A DNA stretch of 64,000 nucleotides, taken from Candidatus Latescibacterota bacterium. GTDB lineage: Bacteria; Latescibacterota; UBA2968; UBA8231. A model generated the notes under the pieces. The model did no database searches and was not told the origin of the DNA. It worked only from the letters and a program-made list of their open reading frames with translations. Location: contig CBDETY010000003.1 of the NCBI GenBank assembly GCA_965243025.1, forward strand, positions 2,496,001-2,560,000, read 5' to 3'. Positions 1-9,961 of the stretch are shown piece by piece. A program made the translations under genes and the position numbers. The stretch's first letter is position 1. Each line of letters opens with the position of its first letter.

Positions 1-102
1 GCTGTAGTGCACGAAGACGTCGTCCCCGTTCTGCACGCTGATGAAGCCGAAGCCCTTGGCGTCGTTGAACCACTTCACTGTTCCTGACTGGCGTTCCGCC
101 AT
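1..102 (-). CDS. cspA: Cold-shock protein (CSD), 5' part only, runs off the window edge
   Basis: My translation of the minus strand from ATG at 102 is [34 protein letters not shown], with RNP1 KGFGFI and RNP2 VFVH. GGGAGGG RBS at 111-117. Not in the ORF track. The exact Csp paralog is uncertain. Confidence 0.93.
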   Translation of the reverse strand, partial: MAERQSGTVKWFNDAKGFGFISVQNGDDVFVHYS

Positions 103-408
103 TGGTAAAACCCTCCCTGTGGAGCATGTGATTACAGCAGGACGTTTCGAGATGGACTGGGGGGATGTAACTCAGAACAGCGCGGAACGACTGCCGAAAT
201 AAAACCCCTCTGCGGGTGCAGAGAGTTGAATGAAAGTAATATATGGCCAATGTCGAAGGAAATCCAACAGCATTTTGCCCGTCCGGGAGTACCTTCCCAT
301 GCCGGCCAGCCACCGGGTTTGACGGCCGATCCGGAGCCGGGTGCCATGCCTCGGGCGGTGGGGAAGCCGGCGGACCGAACCTTTGACCCGATCTCAAAAA
401 GGAAACCG

Positions 409-1893
409 ATGGGAGATTCCAGCACTGCAGGAATCCCTGGTTCCCGGAGTTCGGGTTCCCGGTCAGCCTGCAGAACCTGCCTCAGGCTGGCGGCCTGTCT
501 TTTCCCCTGTTTTGCGCCGGCCTTCGCCGGGGATCCGGGGCGCGCCGCGATCGCGTGGGAGTCGCCGCTTCCCTACGGCACCTTCAGCTCTCCCCGCCTG
601 ATCGAGAGCGCGGGAAAACCGGAGCTGCTGATGGCCTTCGGCAGCGAGGATTCCCTCGCCGGCGGCGTGGTCGCCGTCGACGCCGCCACCGGTGAGCACC
701 GCTGGCGCGTCGATACCGAGCAGGAGCTGTTCGCCCTTCCCCAGCCCCTGACCTCTGCGGACTCCGGTGTGCACCCCTGGGTGGTGGCCGGGCGCAACGG
801 CCAGCTCGGCGCCATCGACGCGGCCCGGGGGGCGCTGCTGTGGCGCTTCCGCCCGTTCGGCGGCGACGGCAAGAAGCAGGGGATCTACAACTTCTACACC
901 GGCTTCGAGCTCGGCGACGCCGACGGGGACGGCATCGGCGACTGGGTCGTGACCAACGGCGGGGATTCGGCCCTGGGGAAGTACGAGGGCCGTCCCCCCG
1001 GCCACCTGATGGTCGTCAGCGGCAGGGACGGCTCCGTCATCCACCGGATGCTGGTTCCCGACCATCGCGAGACCTACTGCTCCCCGCTGCTGTGGCGGCG
1101 AATGGACGCGGAGTGGGTCGTCTTCGGCACCGGGGGAGAGACGTTCCCCGGATCTCTCTGGGCCGTGGCCGCCCAGGAGGTGCTGGCCGGCGGCCTCGCG
1201 GGGATCCGCTCCCTCGTCGATTTCGTCGAGTACAAGGGGGCGATCGCTCCCCCTTCCCTTGCCGACCTCGACGGGGACGGCGTCCTCGACCTGGTCGCGG
1301 TGCCGTTCGACGGCCGCATCATCGCCCTGTCGGGCCGCACCCTGGCGCCGTTGTGGAGCTTCGACGCCCCTGTCGACGAAGAGACGCAGTCGAGCCCTGC
1401 CATCGGAGACTTCGACGGGGACGGCGATCTCGACGTCGTCCAGGTCGAGCAGGAGGGGATCTTCCCCCGGTGGACGGCCTCGGTAATCCGGGTCTTCGAC
1501 GGCGGCACCGGGGCGCAGCTGTGGGAGCGGAGGATGGTCCGCGATCTGGTGCCGGCCTCACCTCTCGCCGTCGACCTCGACGCCGACGGCCGCGACGAGA
1601 TCCTCATCACCCGGTCGGACGCCGGGCTGTTCCGCGGAGCAACGAGCAGATCCCGCATGCAGGCAGTGCACGTCGAGGAAGCCCGCATCGATACCCTCGC
1701 CGAGACCGACGGCTTCAATTCCGGGGCCGGGCTGGTGGCCGACGCCGACCGGGACGGGCTGCTCGAGTGGTTCGTGCCCCTGCGCAAGGCCGGTGAGCGC
1801 GGCAGCCTGGTTCGGATCGACCTGAAAGCGCCGGTACCCCGGCGCATCGCCTGGGGCGGGTACCTCGGGACCCGGCACGACGGCGCCTACTGA
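409..1893 (+). CDS. Secreted PQQ-like/FG-GAP beta-propeller protein
   Basis: Within ORF 226..1893; ATG 409 follows AAAAGGA. Signal-peptide-like segment ending AFA. PQQ-like repeats (DAATGEHRW, DAARGALLW) and repeated DxDGDG motifs (DLDGDGVLD, DFDGDGDLD, DLDADGRDE). Confidence 0.75.
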   Translation: MGDSSTAGIPGSRSSGSRSACRTCLRLAACLFPCFAPAFAGDPGRAAIAWESPLPYGTFSSPRLIESAGKPELLMAFGSEDSLAGGVVAVDAATGEHRWRVDTEQELFALPQPLTSADSGVHPWVVAGRNGQLGAIDAARGALLWRFRPFGGDGKKQGIYNFYTGFELGDADGDGIGDWVVTNGGDSALGKYEGRPPGHLMVVSGRDGSVIHRMLVPDHRETYCSPLLWRRMDAEWVVFGTGGETFPGSLWAVAAQEVLAGGLAGIRSLVDFVEYKGAIAPPSLADLDGDGVLDLVAVPFDGRIIALSGRTLAPLWSFDAPVDEETQSSPAIGDFDGDGDLDVVQVEQEGIFPRWTASVIRVFDGGTGAQLWERRMVRDLVPASPLAVDLDADGRDEILITRSDAGLFRGATSRSRMQAVHVEEARIDTLAETDGFNSGAGLVADADRDGLLEWFVPLRKAGERGSLVRIDLKAPVPRRIAWGGYLGTRHDGAY

Positions 1894-2041
1894 GCCGCGC
1901 CCCCCCTCCAGACTCGAAGGTTTTTTGGTGAGAATTGCCACTGGCCGGCGGTTCGCCTCCGGGCACCGCTCCGTCGACCGGCAACTCCCTGTTCCCGGGC
2001 AAGGGACGGAGATCCGGCGCCGCGGCCGCGGGAGGCCGGGA

Positions 2042-3877
2042 TCAGCTCGATGCCCCCTCCATGGGGGGGAAGTCGTAGGAAGGCCGGTGGACGAACCGCT
2101 TCATCCCGAGGTCGAGCTCGATGCGCGCCGCCGCTCCCAGCTCGACGACGAGGTGCCTGTTCCCCACGGTCACCCGCTGCTCTTCCCCGCGGCCGTCCGT
2201 TCCGCAAGCCTCGGTGAACTCGTGCTCGCCGAAGGAGCCGGCCTGAATCAGCACCGGGCGGGACCGCACCGGATCGGTGTTGACGAGGGTCACCCGGGCC
2301 CCGTCCGCACCGGCGCGGTCGGCGAGGGCGGCCACGTGCGGGGGCAGCCCGGCGCGCCGCTGCTCGGGGTCGAAGTAGCGCAGGTGAGCCTGCAGCAGGC
2401 CGCCGTTGTACACCGCCGCCGGCGTTCCCATCGCCATCTGCACGAGACCCTCCGGCAGCACCGGGCAGAGCGGCTGGAAGTGGTAGCACTCCCGCGTCTC
2501 CGGGTCGCTGTCGTCCGCTCCGAGCCGGTCGAGGGCGCGGCAGACGCTGCTGTAGGTCGTGTCGAGGACCTGCTCCGGGAACCCCGGGTTCTTCCCCTCG
2601 ACGAAAGCCGCCCAGGCCCCGGGCGGGCAGATCCCCGCCTTGCCGGCGCCCCAGTCTTCCGGCAGGCCGGCGAACCCCTCCCGGTCCGGGAACAGCTCGT
2701 CGAGGCGGGCGAGGTCCTCCTCGCTCTGGCTCAAATAATAGAGGTGGATGTAGTGGTAGGGATCCGGCGGCCGGTAGTCGAACCAGCCCCGGTCGCCGTG
2801 CCGGGACGGGACCACCGGCACCCCGTCGATCTCGCGGCGAAGGGACCACAGCATGTCGAGCTGAGAGCGGCAGAGGTCGAGATGCGACATGTCCCCCGTC
2901 ATCAGCGCCGCGCAGCTGCCGGCGACGAAAGCCGGCTCGACGACGTTGCGGGCCCCGTGGGGCCAGCGCCAGCCGTAGTAGCCGCCCCACCACTTGCCGT
3001 TGTTGAGCTCCCCGATTCCGCCGCCGGGCCCGATGTTGTCCGGCATGATGCCGCCGTTGGCGTCGCGGTGCTCGACCCACCTCGCCAGGTAGTCGAGCAC
3101 CCACCTCCTGTACTTCTCCTCGCCGGTGTACAGGTAGGCGTTGGTGATCATGCTGGCGGCGCTGAGGTTCAGGGGCACGTCGCAGCGGGTCATGCGCTCG
3201 TTGATGAGGGCGAGGACCCGGGCGAAGGTTTCGTCGTCGGTCCAGTCGACCTTGAACATCGGGTCCCGGCTGTCGGCGCCGGGCATGTCCTCGAACGGGG
3301 AGAGGTACCCGGCCAGGATCGGCCGGTGGTACTCCCAGTCGGTCCGGGTGGTGACGAAGCGCGGGCCGCGGCTGCCGTTCAGCGGGCTGCGGATCATCCG
3401 CTTCTCCGCGTCCCAGTTCGGAGCCAGGGGATCCTCCCCGGTGTACATGGCGGCGTAGCGCAGGGCGCGGTTGCGGTCGATGTAATGCCCCGGGTCGGCC
3501 ATGGCGAGATAGTAGATGTAGGTGTAGCTCTCGCTGTGGTGGAACCAGTCGAAACCGGTGACGAACTCGCGGTCGACGGTGCCGTAGTCGGCGTACTGCC
3601 AGGTTATGGCGTCCCACTCCCTGCGGGCGGTGCGGTGGATGAACTCGCTGCCCCCGAGGAGGTAGAAGAGGGGAAACGACAGGAAGGCCTCGTAGCCGTT
3701 GTCGGTGCCGTCCATGCTCGTCCAGACGGTGCGCTGGATCAGGGTTCCGTCGGGACGGGTCGCGTGCCCGGTGAAGGGGACCGCGGCCCGGTCCATCAGG
3801 TCGATCAGGTGGCGCTGGCGCACCGCCCAGTGCGGCGGAGCCGTGCGGCCTTCGGCGCGCAGGACTGCTTCTGTCAT
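2042..3877 (-). CDS. Conserved hypothetical protein, 611 aa, possibly an (alpha/alpha)-toroid carbohydrate-active enzyme
   Basis: Natural composition, rich in W/Y (KWWGGYYGWRWPHG, FDWFHHSE), GAGGA RBS upstream. The fold call is inference. Confidence 0.7.
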   Translation of the reverse strand: MTEAVLRAEGRTAPPHWAVRQRHLIDLMDRAAVPFTGHATRPDGTLIQRTVWTSMDGTDNGYEAFLSFPLFYLLGGSEFIHRTARREWDAITWQYADYGTVDREFVTGFDWFHHSESYTYIYYLAMADPGHYIDRNRALRYAAMYTGEDPLAPNWDAEKRMIRSPLNGSRGPRFVTTRTDWEYHRPILAGYLSPFEDMPGADSRDPMFKVDWTDDETFARVLALINERMTRCDVPLNLSAASMITNAYLYTGEEKYRRWVLDYLARWVEHRDANGGIMPDNIGPGGGIGELNNGKWWGGYYGWRWPHGARNVVEPAFVAGSCAALMTGDMSHLDLCRSQLDMLWSLRREIDGVPVVPSRHGDRGWFDYRPPDPYHYIHLYYLSQSEEDLARLDELFPDREGFAGLPEDWGAGKAGICPPGAWAAFVEGKNPGFPEQVLDTTYSSVCRALDRLGADDSDPETRECYHFQPLCPVLPEGLVQMAMGTPAAVYNGGLLQAHLRYFDPEQRRAGLPPHVAALADRAGADGARVTLVNTDPVRSRPVLIQAGSFGEHEFTEACGTDGRGEEQRVTVGNRHLVVELGAAARIELDLGMKRFVHRPSYDFPPMEGASS

Positions 3878-4042
3878 GGGATGTTCCTCTGGTTACGTCA
3901 CCGGGGGGAATCTAACGGCTCGTGCATGGCGCGGCGACCGTGCTGATCTTTTTGCACTCCCGGTGAAAAAGCCCATGCCGCCGAGGCCTGCACAGCGATG
4001 CGCAAGCGGGGCTGTCCGGGCCGGATCCGGGATCCTTCATCC

Positions 4043-5986
4043 ATGACAACCGATTCTCCATTCGGGGCGCGGACCCTCCTCGCCGGGGCCTTGTTGTGCC
4101 TTGTTATCAGTGTCTTCGCCCCCTATTCCAACATGGTGCTGCAGGGCTCCCTTCTCGCCCTCGACTTCGGCACCTCGGCCGCCGTCTTCCTGCTCTTTCT
4201 CCTGCTTCTCGCCAACGCATCCCTTTCCCTGTTGAACCGGCGTTTCCGTTTCCGGCAACCGGAGCTCGCCGTGATCTACGCCATGATGATCACCGCCTGC
4301 TCCATTCCGACGATGGGGCTGATGGAGTACGTGCTCCCCGGCCTGACTTCCCTCCATTACTACTCGGGGCCGGAGAACGAATGGCAGGAGCAGATTCAGC
4401 CGTTCGTCAAGTCCTGGATGGTGGTCGAGGAGCCGTTGGCGACCAAGTACTTCTACGAGGGCCTGCCCCGGGACATGGCGATCCCCTGGCAGCCGTGGGT
4501 CAAGCCGCTGGCCGCCTGGACGGTGCTGATTCTCGCCCTGTACATGGTGATGATCTGCGCCGTCGTCATCGTGCGCCGCCAATGGATGGACAACGAGCGC
4601 CTGCTGTATCCGCTGGTCCAGGTGCCGCTGGCGATGATCCGGCAGGACGAAGGCCGCCTTCCCCCCTTTTTCCGGAACGGCCTGATGTGGCTCGGGTTCG
4701 GGGCCGCGGTGGCGATAGGGAGCCTGAAGGGGCTGAACCACTACTACCCGGAGGTTCCGCAGATCGCCATGGGAACCTACCTGCCCGTGGTCCGGGACGC
4801 CGTCAACCTGCCGATCATGCTGAGCTTCACGGTCGTCGGACTCAGCTACTTCATCAGCCTCGAAATCGCCCTCGGGATCTGGTTCTTCACGCTTCTCGCA
4901 ATCGTCGAAAAAGGTGTCTTCAGCCTCGTCGGCATTCAGAGCACGGAGATGGTGAGCGTCTACGGCACGCCGGAGTCCCCTTACCTCGCCCACCAGGGGA
5001 TCGGGGCGATGCTGGTCTTCGCCGCCGCCGGGCTGTGGTCGGCCCGCCGTTATCTCCGCGGCGTCTTCGGCAATGCCTGGAGCCGCGGCGGCGGCAGGGG
5101 CGAACCGATCGACGACAGCCGGGAGATGCTCTCCTACCGGAGCGCGGTGACCGGGCTGGTCGCAGGCCTGCTGGTGATGGCGGTCTGGCTCTGGCTGTCG
5201 GGGCTTCCCGCCGTTCTGGTGCCCCTGTTCCTGGGGGTGGCCCTGGCGATCTTCTTCGCCCTCACGCGCATCGTGGTCGAGGGAGGAATCGCCGCCGCCC
5301 GCAGCCCGATGATCGCCTCGACCTTCGTGGTTTCGGCGGTCGGCACCCCCCTGGTCGGACTGCAGGGACTGGCGGCCCTGGCCTACACCTACATATGGCA
5401 CGGGGACGTGCGCACCTTCGTGATGGCCTCCTGCGCCAACAGTCTGAAGATGGTCGAGGGGGAGCGCAGCCAGCGGCCCTTGTTCTGGGCCCTCCTTCTC
5501 TCCATTCTGGTCACCATGATCGGGTCCTGCGCGACCATCCTGTACCTGTCCTACACGCACGGAGGCGTCAATCTTCACGGCTGGTTCTTCATCTCGGGAC
5601 CGCAGGTGGGGTTCCGGTTCATCACCGCCAAGATGCAGTCCTTTCCCCCGGCAGACGCCGGCGGCTGGCTGTTCAAGGCGATCGGTGGAGGGGTCATGGC
5701 CGGCCTGATGTACCTGCGTCATCACTTCCTCTGGTGGCCCTTTCACCCGCTCGGTTTCGCCGTCTGCACGGTCTCCTACATCGTCGGGCGCGTCTGGTTC
5801 AGCGTCTTCGTCGCCTGGTTCTTCAAGCTCGTCATCCTCAAGTACGGCGGGGCGGCGCTGCATCGGCGCATGATGCCGTTCTTCATGGGGCTCGTTCTGG
5901 GCCAGATCAGCAACGCGGGGTTCTGGGTCGTCATCGACGCCTGCACCGGAACGTCGGGAAACCACATAGGGGCGCTGTTCTGGTGA
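4043..5986 (+). CDS. Polytopic inner-membrane protein, DUF6785/DUF6784-like (putative transporter)
   Basis: Many hydrophobic segments. Motifs RRQWMDNERLLYPLVQVP, HQGIG, DDSREMLSYR, LWWPFHPLG, LKYGG are shared with paralog 27709..29691. Confidence 0.8.
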   Translation: MTTDSPFGARTLLAGALLCLVISVFAPYSNMVLQGSLLALDFGTSAAVFLLFLLLLANASLSLLNRRFRFRQPELAVIYAMMITACSIPTMGLMEYVLPGLTSLHYYSGPENEWQEQIQPFVKSWMVVEEPLATKYFYEGLPRDMAIPWQPWVKPLAAWTVLILALYMVMICAVVIVRRQWMDNERLLYPLVQVPLAMIRQDEGRLPPFFRNGLMWLGFGAAVAIGSLKGLNHYYPEVPQIAMGTYLPVVRDAVNLPIMLSFTVVGLSYFISLEIALGIWFFTLLAIVEKGVFSLVGIQSTEMVSVYGTPESPYLAHQGIGAMLVFAAAGLWSARRYLRGVFGNAWSRGGGRGEPIDDSREMLSYRSAVTGLVAGLLVMAVWLWLSGLPAVLVPLFLGVALAIFFALTRIVVEGGIAAARSPMIASTFVVSAVGTPLVGLQGLAALAYTYIWHGDVRTFVMASCANSLKMVEGERSQRPLFWALLLSILVTMIGSCATILYLSYTHGGVNLHGWFFISGPQVGFRFITAKMQSFPPADAGGWLFKAIGGGVMAGLMYLRHHFLWWPFHPLGFAVCTVSYIVGRVWFSVFVAWFFKLVILKYGGAALHRRMMPFFMGLVLGQISNAGFWVVIDACTGTSGNHIGALFW

Positions 5987-8247
5987 TGGCGAAGAACGGA
6001 ACCTTCCTTCCAGGCTTCATCGCCGCGGGCCTGTTCCTCCTTCTGTCCGGATGCGGGCCATCCGAAGAGCGGCTGACCGAGGGAACACGGCGCATGGCGG
6101 AGCGGCTCGAGGCGATCGCCGACTCCGCCGATCCCGCCACCCATCCCTACGTCAACTCTCTCCGGGTCGGGTACTACCGCGGCCTCGTCGAGAAGCTGCG
6201 CGAGTCGGGGGCGTCCGCCGATCCCCGCGGCAAGTTCCGGCTGCTCGACGCCCGCTTCACCCTCGCCAGCGAGCTGCTGCGGGCGGGCCGCTCGGAAGAG
6301 GCGGCCCGGGAGTATCGACAGCTGCAGGCCTCGGCCGACCCCGGCTTCCGGCATACCCTGCAAATGCTGGTGGGAATCTCCTGGCTCCGCCTGGGGGAGC
6401 AGGAGAACTGCATCCTCCGGCACGACATCGACTCCTGCCTGCTGCCGGTCCGCGACTCCGGGGTGCACCAGGACCAGCGCGGGTCCCGCGCCGCCGTCGA
6501 GGAGTTCCTCGCGGTTCTGGAAGCCAATCCCGGCGACCTCGGGGCGCGCTGGCTTCTCAACCTCGCATCCATGACCCTCGGCGAGTACCCCTACTCCCTC
6601 CCCGAGGAGCACCTGATCCCCCCGGAAGCGTTCGCATCCGACTACGACATCGGGAGATTCACCGATGTCGCCCCGGCCCTGGGCCTCGACGTGGTGGGGC
6701 TGTCAGGGGGCGGGATCATGGAGGATTTCGACGGCGACGGCCATCTCGACATCATCGCCTCCTCGTGGGGACTGCGGGACCAGGTCCGCTACTTCCGCAA
6801 CCTCGGAGACGGGACATTCGCCGACCTGACCGCGGAGGCGGGCCTCACCGGGATCGTCGGCGGCCTCAACGCCCTTCAGGCCGATTACGACAACAACGGC
6901 TTCGCCGACGTCCTGGTCCTGCGCGGCGCCTGGCTCGACCGCGACGGGCATTACCCCAACTCCCTGCTGGCCAACCTCGGCGGCGGCAGGTTCGTCGATG
7001 CTACCGAAACCTCCGGCATGCTGACGTCGCATCCGACCCAGACCGCGGCCTGGGGAGATTTTGACAACGACGGCCGGGTCGACCTGTTTGTGGGCAACGA
7101 GACGGTGAGCGCCGAGCGCCACCCGTGCGAGCTGTTCCACAACCTCGGGGCCGGCGCCCCCGCGCGTTTCCGCGACCAGGCCGAGGCGGCCGGCGTCGCC
7201 GCGGCAGGGTACGTCAAAGGGGTGGTCTGGGGAGACTTCGACAACGACGGCCGCCTGGACCTGTACGTTTCCCGGCTGTCCCCCGACGAGCCCAACCTGC
7301 TCTACCACAACCTCGGGGAAGACGAGGACGGCCGCTGGCGTTTTGCCGATGTCGCCGCCGAGGCGGGAGTGACCGGACCCGCCCACAGCTTTCCCGCCTG
7401 GTTCTGGGATTACGACAACGACGGCTGGCTGGACCTGTTCGCGGCGGGATTCAAGGGGGACGTGGGAGACGTGGCCGCCGCCTACCTCGGGCTTCCCCAC
7501 GACGCCCAGACTCCCAGGCTGTACCGCAACAACGGCGACGGCACCTTCGCGGACGTGACGCGGGAGGCCGGCCTCGACGAACCGCTGATAGCGATGGGGA
7601 GCAACTACGGCGACCTCGACAACGACGGCTACCTCGACTGCTACATCGGCACCGGCGACCCGTACATGGCCACCGTCGTCCCCAACCGGATGTTTCGCAA
7701 CGCGGGGGGAAACCATTTCCAGGACGTCACCACCTCCGGCGGCTTCGGACACCTGCAGAAGGGGCACGGCGTCGCCTTCGGGGACATCGACCACGACGGC
7801 GACCAGGACGTCTTCGCGGTGATCGGGGGGGCCTTCACCGGAGACGTCTACCAGAACGTCCTCTTCGGGAACCCCGGGCACGGCAACCGCTGGATCAAGC
7901 TGAAACTCGAGGGCCGGCGCTCCAACCGCGCCGCCATCGGCGCGCGCATTCGCATCCTCGTGGCTACCGCCGCGGGAACGCGAAGCATCGAATCCACCGT
8001 CTCCAGCGGCGGCAGCTTCGGGGCCTCCCCCCTGCAGCGGGAAATCGGCCTCGGCCGGGCCGAGTCGATCGAGTCGATCGAAGTCTTCTGGCCGGCCAGC
8101 GGCGAAAGGCAGGTTTTCCGCGCGCCGCCGATGGAGAAGACCCTCTACATCCGGGAAGGGGACCCGCATTTCGAGGCGCGTGCCTTCGAGCCGTTCCCCC
8201 TCGCTTCCGCAGGGGAATCCGGAGCCCATGAGCGGGCGGGCCACTAG
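5986..8247 (+). CDS. CRTAC1-family lipoprotein (FG-GAP/VCBS repeats + ASPIC/UnbV C-terminus)
   Basis: TGATG coupling with the upstream gene. Lipobox LLLSGC, helical TPR-like N-region, many DFDNDG repeats, C-terminal SNRAAIGARI...GLG...IEVFWP. The 1383-aa track ORF is over-extended upstream. Confidence 0.85.
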   Translation: MAKNGTFLPGFIAAGLFLLLSGCGPSEERLTEGTRRMAERLEAIADSADPATHPYVNSLRVGYYRGLVEKLRESGASADPRGKFRLLDARFTLASELLRAGRSEEAAREYRQLQASADPGFRHTLQMLVGISWLRLGEQENCILRHDIDSCLLPVRDSGVHQDQRGSRAAVEEFLAVLEANPGDLGARWLLNLASMTLGEYPYSLPEEHLIPPEAFASDYDIGRFTDVAPALGLDVVGLSGGGIMEDFDGDGHLDIIASSWGLRDQVRYFRNLGDGTFADLTAEAGLTGIVGGLNALQADYDNNGFADVLVLRGAWLDRDGHYPNSLLANLGGGRFVDATETSGMLTSHPTQTAAWGDFDNDGRVDLFVGNETVSAERHPCELFHNLGAGAPARFRDQAEAAGVAAAGYVKGVVWGDFDNDGRLDLYVSRLSPDEPNLLYHNLGEDEDGRWRFADVAAEAGVTGPAHSFPAWFWDYDNDGWLDLFAAGFKGDVGDVAAAYLGLPHDAQTPRLYRNNGDGTFADVTREAGLDEPLIAMGSNYGDLDNDGYLDCYIGTGDPYMATVVPNRMFRNAGGNHFQDVTTSGGFGHLQKGHGVAFGDIDHDGDQDVFAVIGGAFTGDVYQNVLFGNPGHGNRWIKLKLEGRRSNRAAIGARIRILVATAAGTRSIESTVSSGGSFGASPLQREIGLGRAESIESIEVFWPASGERQVFRAPPMEKTLYIREGDPHFEARAFEPFPLASAGESGAHERAGH

Positions 8248-9955
8248 CCCGGGCCGAAATCTCAGCCGTTGCCTGGCGGGAGCGGCGGCATGCCTCCTGG
8301 GGTTGGCGCCCCCGCTGGCGGCCAGCGACCTACCCGGGACCGGCGGCCGGGTGCAGTTTCGGGACGCGGCCCCCGAGCTCGGGGTGACCCTGAGGAACGT
8401 CTCCGGGGACGGGGAGCAGCAGTACGTCGTCGAATCCATGATGGGGGGATCCGCTTTCCTCGACCACGACGGCGACGGCGACCTTGACCTGTACGTCCTG
8501 AACGGATCGCAGGTCAGCGGTTTTCCCGAGGGCGGCCATCCCCGCAACGCATTGTACCGCAACGACAACACGGCGTTTGTCGAAGCGACCGGCGAGGCCG
8601 GGGTCGGGGACGCCAACTGGGGGATGGGCTGCGCCGTCGCCGATTACGACAACGACGGCGACCCGGATCTCTACGTGACCAACTACGGCGGGAACTCCCT
8701 CTACGCCAACCGGGGAGACGGGACCTTCGCCGACGTCTCCGCACCCGCAGGGGTCGCCGGGGAGGAACGCCGCTTCAGCACCGGGTGCGCCTTTTTCGAC
8801 TACGACCGGGACGGAGACCTCGATCTCTACGTCGCCAACTACGTCGATTTCTCGCATTTCATGGAAACGACCCCGGAAATGAGATACGAGTGGCGCGGAC
8901 TCACCGTCCACTTCGGGCCGCGCGGCATGCGCGGAGAGCCTGACTTTTTCTACCGCAACGACGGCGACGGGACTTTCTCCGATGCCACGGAAGCGGCCAA
9001 CCTCGTCGACCGCGAGATGCTCTACGGGCTCGGCGTGGTGGCGGGGGACTACGACAACGACGGCGACGCCGACCTGTACGTGGCCAACGACACCGGGGCC
9101 AACTACCTGTACGAAAACCAGGGGGACAGAACGTTCGCCGAGGTCGCCTGGCTGAAAGGGGCCGCCTTCGGCGAGAGCGGTGAGGCCCAGGGGTGCATGG
9201 GGATCGCCTTCGGGGACTACGACAACGACCAGTACCCCGACATCCTGGTCACCAACTTCTGGGAGGAGACCAACACCCTGTACCACAACGACGCGGGGGC
9301 GTTCTTCTCCGACCGCACCTTCGATGCGGGAGTCGGTATGGAGAGCTTTCAGTACCTGGCCTGGGGCACCGGTTTCTTCGACTACGACAACGACGGCGAC
9401 AGGGACCTGTTCGTAGCCAACGGCCACCTCTTCCCGCAACTGAACGGGGCCAACCTCGGAGTCGACTACGCCCAGACCAACCAGCTGTTCGAGAACGCGG
9501 GGGACGGGACTTTCAGGGAAGTGACCGGTGTTTCCGGACCCGGCCTTCAGATCGAAAAGGTGAGCAGGGGCGCCTCCTTCGGGGATTTCGACGGCGACGG
9601 CGACCTCGACATCTTCGTCCTCGACCTCAACGACTCACCCACCCTGCTGCGCAACGACGGGGGGAACCGCAACAACTGGCTGCTGGTGAAGACGGTCGGC
9701 ACCGAAAGCAACCGGGACGGCATCGGCGCGAAAGTAAAGGCCCGCTGCGGAGAGCTGGTCCAGATCAACGAGGTGCGAAGCGGCTCCAGCTACCTGTCGC
9801 AGAACGACCTGCGTCTCCACTTCGGGCTGGGCCGGTGTGCGGCGGTCGACGAGTTGGAGGTATCCTGGCCGAGCGGCCGGGAGGAGAGCTTCGAGGATAT
9901 TCCCGCCAACCAGGTCCTGACGATCCGGGAGGGCAGCGGGACCGTGCAACCCTGA
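8228..9955 (+). CDS. CRTAC1-family secreted protein (FG-GAP repeats + ASPIC/UnbV)
   Basis: Signal peptide, DYDNDGD repeats, C-terminal SNRDGIGAKV...SGSSYLSQNDLRLHFGLG...WPSG. Confidence 0.87.
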   Translation: MSGRATSPGRNLSRCLAGAAACLLGLAPPLAASDLPGTGGRVQFRDAAPELGVTLRNVSGDGEQQYVVESMMGGSAFLDHDGDGDLDLYVLNGSQVSGFPEGGHPRNALYRNDNTAFVEATGEAGVGDANWGMGCAVADYDNDGDPDLYVTNYGGNSLYANRGDGTFADVSAPAGVAGEERRFSTGCAFFDYDRDGDLDLYVANYVDFSHFMETTPEMRYEWRGLTVHFGPRGMRGEPDFFYRNDGDGTFSDATEAANLVDREMLYGLGVVAGDYDNDGDADLYVANDTGANYLYENQGDRTFAEVAWLKGAAFGESGEAQGCMGIAFGDYDNDQYPDILVTNFWEETNTLYHNDAGAFFSDRTFDAGVGMESFQYLAWGTGFFDYDNDGDRDLFVANGHLFPQLNGANLGVDYAQTNQLFENAGDGTFREVTGVSGPGLQIEKVSRGASFGDFDGDGDLDIFVLDLNDSPTLLRNDGGNRNNWLLVKTVGTESNRDGIGAKVKARCGELVQINEVRSGSSYLSQNDLRLHFGLGRCAAVDELEVSWPSGREESFEDIPANQVLTIREGSGTVQP

Positions 9956-9961
9956 AGCGGG

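Noticed and set aside
1925-3946. Long antisense or alternative-frame ORFs (e.g. 1925..3946+, 4037..5965-, 6703..8616-, 30188..32848+, 35597..37657-, 58096..60282+)
   Set aside because: They shadow well-supported genes, have R/G/P/A-skewed composition and no motifs. This is expected in high-GC DNA with strong GC3 bias.
4096-5985. Apparent giant fusions from track ORFs 4096..8247, 32803..35901, 31655..34042, 49199..51574, 9962..12256
   Set aside because: The N-terminal extensions are off-frame read-through of neighbouring genes. Real starts with RBS or signal peptides lie downstream.
6660-9660. Recurrent gactacgacaacgacggc-like nucleotide repeats as a possible CRISPR or tandem array
   Set aside because: They encode DYDNDG FG-GAP motifs inside CDSs, with irregular spacing and synonymous variation.
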